Positions 36,203 to 47,919 of a stretch of DNA of 64,000 nt are shown piece by piece. The stretch covers positions 682,001-746,000 of the forward strand of contig LSRY02000021.1 in assembly GCA_001643675.2 (NCBI GenBank), in the 5' to 3' direction. The notes beneath the pieces are model-generated. The model had not been told where the DNA came from. It did no database searches and worked only from the letters and a program-made list of their open reading frames with translations. The position numbers and the translations under genes are program-made. This stretch comes from Monocercomonoides exilis PA203 (Eukaryota; Protista; Preaxostyla). Numbering within the stretch: position 1 is the stretch's first letter; each line of letters begins with the position of its first letter.

Positions 36203-36653
36203 AAGGCGCTCTATTTTGTTATTTATTTTATTTTTGTGCAAATAATGCTAATTATTATATTTTTTCCAGATGCCTTTATTCTATTTTAATTACATTGTTT
36301 TTATGATTTCACAAAATATCAAAGATTCATTTGCTTTCATTTGACAGATTATCTAAGAACTGAACTAATTTTTTCAAAATCATTTTAGATTGAAAGTTGT
36401 CCAATCATAGAATTTACAAATTGCATAACATCATTTGAATGTGCGAAAGATGAAAATCACAAAATTATTTTCCAAAAATTCAAATATAATAAAAAGTTTT
36501 ATGATTTACTTATTCATAAAAAAAGAAGAAAAAAATGTAAGAAAACACATTAAAATTCATTTAATTCACGTCGAAATTTAATTTCCTCCACTAATAAAGC
36601 AAATCACATCAAAAATGCAATTCCAAAAAATAGGATTTTTTTTTTAAAAAAAA

Positions 36654-39273
36654 CACCCAAAATAAATGAAGTGAAAAAGAAAAATGTGCCGGAAAACAAC
36701 AACAAAAAGGCAGATCGGGTAGAAAATGGTGAGGAAGGCAGCAAAACGAAAGGGCAGCGGAAGGTCAGTGCGCGTACAGAACAGGCCAGTTGGGAGCTCG
36801 TACGAGGAGGAAAACGGCAAAAAGGGTATTGAAGAGACAGGGGATGGAGCAAGGGATGGAGAGGGTGCAGACAGAGAGGACAGGGAGAGGAAAGGCGGGG
36901 TGGGAAAGGACATGGATGAAGAAGAGGGGCCAGAGGCAGGGGGGACGGAGGACTGTGACAATGAGAATGAAAGAGTGGAGGGAGCAGGAGGGGCAGGAGA
37001 AGACGAGGGAGAAGAGGAGAAAGGGGACACAGAATGTGGAGGCAGAGGTGGGGTGGGAGCAGCACGGGAGGCGAGAAAGGCGGTTTGTGGAGCACGGAAT
37101 GCACTTGCAAAGGCTTTGGGGCTGCTGGGGTGAAGCAGGGCGTGAGGGTGCGTTGGGTGCGTATGGCTCCCCATGTTCCATGAATCCACCCATGGGCATC
37201 ACTCTTCTCCATTTTCTCTTTCACTTCGTGTTTTTATTTTCATTTGTTTCTTGTTTTTTTTTTCTTTTCTTGTGCTTTGTGCACACGCAAACACTTCACC
37301 CGCTTTGCGAGGGTTGAGGGGTGCTGGAAGGCCAGTCGCCCCACGACACGTCAAACACAGCAAAGCAAAGCAAAACAAACAAACAAAAAAAAAAGTGCGA
37401 GATGTTGAGATGAATAGCAATGCTTTGTTTGTGTTCTCTTTCTCTCTCTCTCCCCCCTTCAATAAAAACAGTCTCCAGGAAATCTTCCCCCCCCTTCTCC
37501 TTCCCCACAAAAACTCTCAACGTGACGTGCACCTTCTCTCTTTCTCTCCCTCTCTCTCTCCCTCCCTTTCTCTCTTCACACACACACATACAAAAGCCTT
37601 CTCTCCAGCACCAGCATCCCATTCAGCGAGTGCCACGCGGCTGCTGCTCATCCCAGCCAGTTAGTTCTCCTTCTGCTTCCCGCTTCTCCCAGCCGGCACC
37701 GCATCTCCTTCCTCAAAGTCTCCCGCAGACTGCACCGAGAACGACAGCCACACCACCGGCCCCATCATGCACAGGAACACCAGCAGCACAATCAGCCCCT
37801 GCAGCACCCCCATGCTCATCAGCAGCCCGTTCTTTATCGGCTCCTGCACCACACACACACATTCACATTCATTTCAAATAGAAGTCAAAAAACACATTAA
37901 TACAAAAATAAAATACAAAAAATACAAAAAATATCAATCTTTGCCCAAACCATTTCTCCTTCAATCCCAACATAGTGCGCAACAAACTCGCTCGACTCTT
38001 CCTTGATCTTCTTCACCACCTTCTTCACATCCTCCACTGCTCATCCACAGCAACCAGCCATCCAGCCATCAGCCAATCAGCCATCAGCCAACAAAAAATA
38101 ATTGGAAAAAAAAAAAAAAAAAGAAAAAAAATGAAGATGATAATTAAGAAAATAAATGAAAAAAATAATTGATGAAAAAGGCCAACAAATTCAAATCTCT
38201 CCCCACAAACCATGCATCCCGCTCTCCTGCCCCTTCTTTCCGTCAAACGCAAATAAATACACTGTGTCTTCCTCAAACACTTTTTCATTCTTCTTTCCTT
38301 TTCCGTTCTTCTTTCCCTCTCCTTCTTCATCTCCTTCTTCATCTTCTCCTTTATCATCAACTTTTTTCTCCTCAGCCTCTGCTTGCTCTGGATCTGTGTG
38401 TTCTGGATCTGTTGGCTCAGGTGCTGGCGTCGGCTTGGGTTCGGGTTCAGGTTGAGGTTGAGGTTCGGGTTCAGGTTCTGGGTCACGTGTGAATGGATTC
38501 GGAATCCCTTCGATCTTCAGCTTCTCTTCAATGTATTTGCACACTCGCCCCTCTGCTCATCCCATCCCCACACACACATCGTCAAATCGTCAAATCCCCC
38601 AAGTCGTACCAATAGCCATCCAAATCGCATCCACATCGCATCCATTCAGAGGCAACAGTCATATGAAATAAAAAAATTGTTTAAATATAAATATAAACAC
38701 GAATATAAAATAAAAATTAACATCACAGTTACAAATCAACAAATCAACAAGCTCACAATACCTGTGTTTGTGCAGTACAGGACAACCTTCTTCCGCATCT
38801 CTGCCTTCTTCTCACCTTCGTTTTTCTCTCCCACTTCTCCTTCAACCACTTGTACTTTTGTATCTGTTTCCTGTTCGTCATCTCCTTGTTTTTGTCCATC
38901 GCCTCCCTCTTGTGGCTTTTCTTTTTCATCTTGATCATCTTGAACATCTTGAACATCTTTGTCATCTTTGTCATCTTTGTCTTCTTTGTCTTCTTTCTTT
39001 TCTTCCTCCTCTTCTTTCTTTTCTTCCTCCTCTTCTTTCTTTTCTTCCTCCTCTTCTTTCTTTTCTTCCTCCTCTTCTTTCTTTTCTTCCTCCTCTTCTT
39101 TCTTTTCTTCTTCATCTTCTTTCTTTTCTTCTGCTTCATCTTCCTCTTTCTCAAGCTCTTCTGCCAAAGCCTCCACAACATTCTTGCTCCCTTTCTTCTT
39201 CAAAATCTGGCTTCGCACAACCACCTTCACCCCTTCTTCTGCTAACCCCTGCATCACACAGAAACACACACAT

Positions 39274-39328
<55 letters not shown>

Positions 39329-39963
39329 AAACAAAAATAAACAAATTGTGAAACATTGCAATCCAACAAATTCATCTCCTCTCAAAAATCACAAAAATCA
39401 CAAAAAACAAAAAAAAACACAAAAAAAGAATTGAATAAATCCATATCATTCATTCCCTCAAAAACAAACAAAAAACAAAAAGATAATACGAAAGAAACAA
39501 ACATTCAAGTCTTTCAGCTCTTCTTCTTCCATCTGTCAAAACCAAAAACACAACCCCAGCCCCATCCACACAATCCAAATCCCAGCCAGCAGTGTCCCAC
39601 GCGCAGCACCCGCCCAGCAGTCGTCCAAGCAAAATAACGAAATAACAATAAAAACAAACAAAACTCGCAAAATGCCTGCACACCGTCCACTCCACAAGCA
39701 CAAACCCCGCCTGCTTGCACCCCTCATCTGCACCCATGCACCCCCGCCCGCTTGCCTCCGCCGCCACCCCGCTGCTGAACTCCCCCAGCTCTATCTCCCC
39801 GGCTTCTTCAATCAGCCCCGCCTCCTCGCGCGCCTCCACCCCCACCAGATCCACGCCCACGCAGTACTCCTTCTCGCATTTCACCCACGCGCTCCCCGCC
39901 ATCAGCGCCATCAGTATCATCCTTATCATTCTCTACTTTCTTCTTTTTTCTTTTATTCTGATC
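36654..39963 (-). repeat. Right arm (~3.3 kb) of the inverted duplication; partner is 16785-20091
   Basis: Reverse complement of the left arm, with indels in introns, a 30-bp EQAEA-repeat deletion and a more divergent inner ~540 bp. Confidence 0.97.
37661..39929 (-). CDS. Voa1/Ac45-like protein, copy 2 (6 exons, ~457 aa)
   Basis: It has the same exon structure and intact frames as copy 1. Differences: LIAGGAW/LMAGSAW, GAAGGCK/GADEGCK, two fewer EQAEA units, and GGSGKQKEN/GRSGKQKEN. Confidence 0.7.
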
Positions 39964-40199
39964 ATACCCACAAAAATATGCATTTGAATATCATCTTTAA
40001 TTTTGATGTGTGTTGCTGATTTAATTTTAAACTTATTGATATTCTTATGTTACTTTTTATTTATAAAGAAACATTTTCGTGTCTTTTAATATTTAAAGAA
40101 GATTATTGTTTTTCAAAGTGAAAATACAAAATTCTTCTTTTTTGTTATTTATACTCAGATTTATTAATTTATTGTGATATTACACAAACAATAAGCTGA

Positions 40200-41714
40200 A
40201 TGGAACAGTTATATGATACCATCACAATACCTTTTGAGAGCATTCCATTTGATTTTGACATTGAAAATTTTCTGCAAAAAATATTACTTCCTACCCCATT
40301 TCTTGCTCATATAGAATCCTATACTTTTTCATCAAATAAACTGCTTTTTTTAATTCAAAAATCCGATAATTCACTTGATGCACTTTTTCAGGATCAAATT
40401 CGACTTCAAACATTCTTATCAATTTCGGTTTGTGATTTTTGTCAAGATTTTTTTTAACACTTTCCATAGAGCATAAAACGCATTTTTGTCGAATTATTAA
40501 TAGCATCATTTTTACTGAATTCTCAACTTATTGCACATGACCCACCAGATCCATCTAACATAAACATCTATGAAGATGGAACGTTGAGAATTCAATTTAT
40601 CTCTTCAAAATCATTTGCAAAAATAAATATGAATGATTTCGATCAATTACCGATGCCAGATGATTTATATGGAAGTCGTCTTATGTTTGCCAACATTAAG
40701 CTTTGTTGATTCTGTAATTTTTGTTAACATACATTTAATTTAGCATATCGGAAAGAAAAGATCTCGAAGCAGTTGCAGCAATTATCAATGAGTTGCTTCT
40801 AAAATACGAGTGCAAACAGCAGCACGCTGCTAGAATCAATCTTATACAAAAAGATTCAGACATTCACCAAAATCTAACTGTTAAAATACTTCCATATTTG
40901 CCCCAGAAAGATAAACCATGCCAAGCTGAAGCAGCAAACGAAACTCAGCCAAGCACTGTCGATTTACCTGTTTTGAATGAACTCACAAAGACTTCTGATT
41001 CATCAACCTTTTCGTCACAAGATAACATTCCGCCTGCTCCGCTTAGCCCCAACGGAAGCTCACCCCCCGTCGAACCAACTGATTCTTGTTCAGATGAGAC
41101 AGTTTCGCCTCCGTCTGCATCGCCACCACCGCCACCGCCTCCATTTCCTCCTCCGCTGCCCACTCCCCCTCCTCCTCCCACAGACTCGCCAGACAGCTCA
41201 AAGGAAAGTGAAACTGATCTTTCTTTTTCTCCAGTTTCGGATGAAGACTCTGCAAAATACACTTCGAATTCGACTCTTCCTGCTTGCCGGCCTTCTTCTC
41301 TGTCTTCTCTTCCTCATTCAACCCGCTCTTCTGTCGACTTTCCGGCAGAGACAAACCATGATTTTTATTCTTCTTTTTATTCGTCTCTGAGGTTTATAGA
41401 TAGTGATGAAAGTCTTCTTGATGAGGAAGAGGAAGAGCTATCCGAAAATGAGGAGGAAGAAGGGGAAGAAGGGAAAGGGGGCTTTGAAGGAATTGAAACA
41501 ACAGATGGAGCAAATCACTGCAAAACAGCAAGAGAAAGAGCAAGAGAACAGAGATTGCGGAAAAAGCAGGAGGCAGAAAAGGAAGAGATGCTCCAGATAA
41601 TTCAGTTGATTATGACTGCACCAATAACTGAATCGGTATGAGAATAAAAAATTTTTTTAATTAAACAAGCCTTAAAATTTTAAAAGCAAAAAATTAGTCT
41701 TTATAAAAGCATTC

Positions 41715-41763
<49 letters not shown>

Positions 41764-44700
41764 TTTTTTATTTTTTATTTTTTTTTATTTATTTATTTTT
41801 TTTTTTTTGTTTCAATTTTCATCATTAATGCTCTTTTCATCGTTTTAATTATCTTTTCATTTTCATTAATCTCACCGTTTTTTCTTTTCTTTTCTCTCTT
41901 TCTTTTTCATCCTTTCCATCTCCCTCCCCATCTTCAGATCTCTTCCATCTCTCTTCTTCTCGACCCTCTGTTCGACAGCGTCCTTAAGCGCATTCGCTCT
42001 GAGACAGCAATCAGCAGAGTGCGTCTGTTTGAGCTGATTTCTGCTCCACCTCCGTCTTCTTCGCCTTCTGCATCTCCATCTTCTTCAGATGCAAAAGCCA
42101 CTTCAGACTCTGCTTATTCAAACAATCAGAGGAATTGCAGGTCAATGAATGCAACACAAAGCTATTCATTCGCTCCACACGATGCATTTAGCATATCAAA
42201 GAGTTCATCATCATCATCATCTTCTTCTTCTTCCTTTGGCTCTTCTGATTCCGCAGACATCCAATCATTCTACGAGCCTCCATCTTCTGCTGCATTTCAC
42301 TACTCCTCTTCTTCCTCTCGCTCTTCTGTCAAGCGCATCACGTCTCCTTCGCCCGATCGCCTTTCTCCTTCGCCTTCTTCCACACTCACACCACAGCCCC
42401 TTTCCACTGCCTTCTCCACAAAACAGAACATCACCTCTTCCTCTCTGCCTTACTCACACACATCCGCATTTCACTCATTCATCACATCATCTTCTGCGCC
42501 AGACGCCTTCTTTCTTCATTCAAATTCTACAGGCGATGATCCGTCTTTGAATGTCTTCTCCACTTCAGCCACGTCCACTTCATGGCAACAGCCTCCTCTC
42601 CTTTCTCGCAACACTTCTGATGCTTCTTCCTCTTATTCCTCTTCTTCTTTCTCCTCTTCTTTATCTTCCTCCTCTTCATTCTTGTCTTCCACCACACCAC
42701 CCTTTTCGTTCTCTTCCATTTATTCTCGAAAGAGCATAGCACACCCACCGTCTTCTGCGTCTTTTGCCTCGTCTTCCCATTTTTCTGGGCACACAACACA
42801 AGACGAGTCAAATCCCCACGACGAATGCAGCTCGCAAACTTCTTCTTTTCCAAGCACACATTCTCATCCAGACAATGAATCCCTCTCGTGTTCTGTCGTT
42901 GAAAACGCCCAGTGCTCTGATAGTACTTCTGTTGTGGCAGGTGATGCCTCTTCGTCTGCTGCTGATTCGACTGGAAAGACGTTCTCTTCTTCGTCTTCTT
43001 CCGTCGACACATCGGGAAATAGCACTTCTTCGTCTGATGTGTGTTTTTGTTACAAGTGTTTTTAGTGATGTTGATAAGAAATATATCTGATAATTTTCAT
43101 TTATGTTATTGTTATTATCTTGCCATTTCTTTATAAATATCACTTTTTCTTTTCTGTAAACATTTTTGTGCTTTTTTCCCCTATTCTTCCATTTATCCTT
43201 CAGCTTTCAATGACTCTTTCCGAACTGCAAAGATCGCCCGAGAAGAAGATCCTGTACGAGCTGAATGTTTTGATAGATGTGATTGACCTGGTGATGCGCA
43301 TCAAAAGAGAAGAGGACGAAAGAGCACAGCATCTCACACGCAATGGAAGGAGAGGAAGAAACTTTAGTGATCCAAATTCTGATACTGGACAATCGCTTCT
43401 GTTGCTGGGAGAAGGGGTTTATACACAGCAGCAGGAATCGCCTTCTACTTCATCATCTTCCTCTTCATCGTCATCTTCATCGTCATCTTCTTCTTATTCA
43501 CCGTCATCTTCTTCCTCTTCCTCTTCCTCTTCTCCTTCTCTTTCATTGATTTCCACTTCAGACAACACATTTCAAGATTCATTTCAAACTCCTTTAACTT
43601 CAACAAATCCATTTCAGAAGAACAACTTTTCTGCTTTTGGAGCTAATCCAAAGGAAACTGCATTACGTTCGCATTCAATTTCTCAAAAAGAGAGTGAATA
43701 CGCACAAACACCCAATAATTTGAACAATGACACATCTCCAAGTAATTCATCGTCATCACCATCATCCACATCATCATCGTCTTCTTCCTCATCATCATCT
43801 TCCTCTTCTTCTGTTTCCAAGCCATCATATATGTCATTCGCCCCAACGCTTCTGTCATCTGGTGTTCCGCCAAACATTCGCTCTCCTTTCTCTGTTCAGA
43901 CTGCTGATATTTCATCATCATCATCATCTTTCTCATCTTCATCCTCCTCTTCTTCATCCTTTTCTTCTTCCTCCTCTTCTTCCTTTTCATCATCATCATC
44001 ATCCTCTTCTTCCTCTTCCTCGTCATCTTCTTCATCATACTCTTCAACAGCCACTCGCTCGCATCGAAAGGGCAGTGTTGATGTTGAGCGTATCTCCACC
44101 ATCAAAACAAAGATTAAAGAAGAAGAAATCATCCCTGGCGATTCACAGGCTGTTTCTGACGAAGATTTGCAGTCAGACATTAAACCAGGTGATTTATGGT
44201 CTGCATCATTTTGTATCATTTTCGTCATCTTTTATTTAATTATTTCATTTAACAATATTATCTTGCCAATAATTATTTTATTTCCTTTCTTCCTTCTTTT
44301 CTCTTATTTGTTTTAGGGCTCTTCCCTCATCCACTCTGTTCCCTCTATTGAACAAGCATCTCTCACTGATCGTATCCACCATGAACACTTCATACGCTAA
44401 CATCACCACAGACAACTTGGACTTCCTGTTTGCAGCGCTCTCTTCGTCTGACGAGCATCTCTGCAGCAGAGCAGCCAAACTGCTCATTGCCCTCTTCTCC
44501 TTCCGCCCGCCGTGTCTGTTCGAGTACATGGCAGAGACCGGGATCGAGAGGATCTACGAGGTGTTCAGCCAGTCAGAAGGGGAGCTGCGGAAGAAGCTGA
44601 TCCACCTGCTGTCGATTGTAGTGGACATTGATGAGCTGCGGGAGAAGCTGATGAAGTACAGCTGGGACGAGCTGCTGTGCAACTCGGTGAAGGAAGATGA

Positions 44701-47584
44701 CCAGTGCATCATGTACGTGTGCCGCTACTACAACTGGCTCATCCAACACCTGCTGAACTCGGCGGAGCCTGAGGCGCTGGACGCCCTGGTGGCGAAGCTG
44801 GCGATCAATGGGCTGATTCAGATGATCGAGTCCTCGTTCGACGAATGGATGCACTCAAAGGCAGGCAGACGCAGCTTCGACAAGGGAAACGGAGAAACTC
44901 TGCATCGCACTCAAAGTCTGGGCAAAAGAGATGTTATGCTCACTCCAACACTACCAAAAGTTCAGACAATGAACAAAAGTGCTGATTCTCAAATGCATCC
45001 AGAAAGTAAATCGCAAACAAAAATGATGGAGGATGCAAAAAATATTTACTCGACAGGCAATAGTGTATTGTTCACACCAGAAAAGCAGCAGTTTTTGAAG
45101 ATCTCTGATGCAGATGCAAAGGGGAAAGATGAATCTTCTCTCAGCCAACAGAGCTCAGACAGTTCACGCGAACATTCTGTCACTCCTCAATCAACAAATA
45201 CAGCAGCCATTTCTCCATCCATTTCTTCCTCTGGTGCTTCTCCAGACAGCTCATCACCAGCAGTTGTTTCATTCAGCTCAACGACCCCTTCTGCCCAATC
45301 AGTAACTCCAGATTCGCCTTCGTCTCAATCCACATCAGATACTTCTGCGTTTGCTTCTGCCATTCCATCGTTTCCTCCACTTCAGTTCTCGTTGCAGTAC
45401 AAAAGTCCTTCTGGCAGTGCTTTTGCTTCTGCTCCGCTTCCATTTCCTCATCTGGACAAGTACAATCAGTTGCCTTCATCACAATCAGCTCTGCCTTCTT
45501 CCTCTAATTACTCTCAATCAAATCTCTCATTTGCTTCGTCTTCTGTTTATTCCTCGCCATTGCCTGCACTCTCCTCCCCCATGCTTCCTTCGACCCCTTC
45601 AAGTTCGTTTTATTCCCCACCGTCTTTTTCTTCACAACCTGGCCATGTTTTGTCTTTGGTTTCGTTGAATGAAGTTGCTCGCTTTCTGCTGGCAATTCAT
45701 TTTATCCGAAAGGATAAGTCTCTTTCTTCTTTTCTTCATACGCTTATTTATCTTTGGCACTCCAGAATCGTCATAAATGTTGAGCTTGTGTTCTTTCTTC
45801 ATCAATTGGAACCAGAAAATGGTATGACTCTGAATTCTGTTTATTTTAAACATGTAATTTAATAATTGATTGAATTTATTTGTTTTATCCCAAAAGCTGA
45901 AATCATCGAATTTTTGGATAGCATACAAAACATTCCTTCATTACTTTCGCTATTGAAGTGTGCCCCACATATTCTTTTTAATTTTTACCTTCAATCAATT
46001 TTCATAATTATACGTTGCAACTTCAATTCTTTTTTCCAGAACTTCAAGCGGATTACAGCTTGTGTCCACTCTTGGTGTTCTATATCATTTGCTAACACAC
46101 AATAGACATTCTTTTGTAACAAAGCTAATTGATTCAGCAATTATTCCCATGCTCACAGAGATATTTCAAAGAGAAACAAACGAAGTTGTGCTGGAAACGT
46201 TGTTTGGTGTGATGTACTATTTGTGCCAGAATTACCTTCTGAAAGTGCTGTTGTGGGTAGATGATGCGCTTATCCAGTCGATGCTCACACGCACAATCAT
46301 CTCCACAAACTCGCGAGTTGTTGAACAATGCTTCACAACTGTATGTGCATTGATTGGCTGTGTTGGCTCAAAGGGTGTGGGTGATTGTGGAAACTGCACA
46401 TCTTCATCCTCCTCCTCATCTTCTTCACTTTTGCATAGAAATAATAATGGAGTTCCAAATTCGTCTACTTCACGCATGGAATTGTGGGAGCGTGGCTTTA
46501 GTTTGGATACGATGAATGATGTTGTGCTTGCCATATCACAGAAGCTAACAAGCAAGTGGAGTTCGTCTTTTCGATCATCTGTTGATCTGCTTCTGGCAGT
46601 TGTCTCAGAGTGTTGCAGGAAGACACAGTCGTTTCTTCCTCATCCCCTTCGCCAAGTGGTGGTTCGAAGTCGGGTGTTTGAGTTTCTGACAAACATTGTA
46701 TTGGGAGGAAGTGACGCATGCAGATCTGTTAATGCAGATGGCGTAAAGAGTTCTGATCACAAAAGAAGTGATGCTGAAAAAGATTCAACTGAAAATGTAG
46801 TTCAGCTTGAATACGAAAAGACAAGCTCAAAAAAAAGGAACGATTTAAACGCAACCGATTGTTCCGTGGATTCTCCACCAAAAACAAATTGCGATAAAAT
46901 AAACACTACAGAAATACAAGAAAAAAATTGCACAAAAGACGAAGACATTATTGAAGGTGATTGTGAAACAAAAGAATTGAAAGAGAAATGCACATTAATA
47001 ATCCTTTTACTGTTTAAAGCAATTGAGCTGCCACAAACATTATATCATCTGTTGGATTATCCTGTTTCCCTTCTATTTGATTCAATGTCTTTAACTCAGA
47101 AAGAAATTGCATGGGCTGCATTAATATCACTTGCTGAACATAAAGGTTTGAGTAAACAATTAAATAACATTACGTTTAGATGATTTTTATTTTCATTTGT
47201 TTGATTATTTTTTTCACAGGAAATCACTCCCTTTTACTGAGCAAGAGTCTGGATCAGCATTCACTTTCATTCATGGAGTTTGTCTAATTTCATTTCATTG
47301 ACTAAAAACCTTCATTTATCATGTCTTTCTGTTTCTGTTTAATTGTGTCTTTTTAATAATAACGCAAATTCTTTTTCAGGAATGATAATATTGATCTGCG
47401 TGTTTCTGCTCTCACATTCATCTACACAATGACGAACATTGGAGATTTAAATACAAAGCGTATTTTCCTTGATGCAGGAACAGTTGGAACTGTTCTGAAA
47501 ATGAGAGATCTTCAAAACTGGGAGGCTGTTGATATTTTAGCTGAAGAAATTATAAATACTCTTCTTTCAATAGAGGGGATCTAG
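40200..47584 (+). CDS. Large multi-exon protein: highly degenerate N-terminal kinase-like region, Pro/Ser-rich linkers and C-terminal helical (ARM/HEAT-like) repeats
   Basis: Same-strand ORFs at 40200, 40793, 42019, 43120, 44348 and 46062 are separated by GT-AG AT-rich introns, and the last exon ends at TAG 47584. The spliced N-terminus reads HIESYTFSSNKLLFLIQKSDNSLDALFQDQIRLQTFLSIS|SIKRIFVELLIASFLLNSQLIAHDPPDPSNINIYEDGTLRIQF. ARM-like helices include KLIDSAIIPMLTEIF..EVVLETLFGVMYYL and QKEIAWAALISLA. It could be more than one gene. Confidence 0.6.
41718..41800. repeat. (TTTA)n microsatellite in an intron
   Basis: TATTTATTTATTT... run visible directly. Confidence 0.9.
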
Positions 47585-47919
47585 TTTTATTTCGATCTTA
47601 ATTTTTTCTTGTTTTTGATGCTATTTTTGAACATTTCTGTTTAATGATTGCCAAATTTTAGTTTATTTGTTTTTGAGACTTTACCACCTTATAAGAGCAA
47701 CATAGCATTTTATTTCTGAAAATATGTTATCATTAAACAATGAATAAAAGCATACACCGAGATTAAAAAAAAGTGAGAAATAAACATAAAAAAATTCAAA
47801 TGTAATTCCTTTTTTTTATTACATTCTTGTTCTTTCCCAATGCTTTCATTAACAATCAAAGATTAAAGTTGCAGGTGAAGCTGGGCAAGTTTTCTTTTGT
47901 GCTTTTAAGATAATATTTC

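Noticed and set aside
39276-39325. 50-nt poly-A as a retroposon tail
   Set aside because: It is the expanded poly-T tract of intron 2 in copy 2, aligned to a shorter T-rich tract in copy 1; there is no TSD.
16785-39963. Polinton/Maverick or endogenous virus bounded by long TIRs
   Set aside because: The interior has no pPolB, integrase, ATPase or capsid gene, there is no 6-bp TSD or AG...CT repeat end, and the arms contain a spliced host-type gene.
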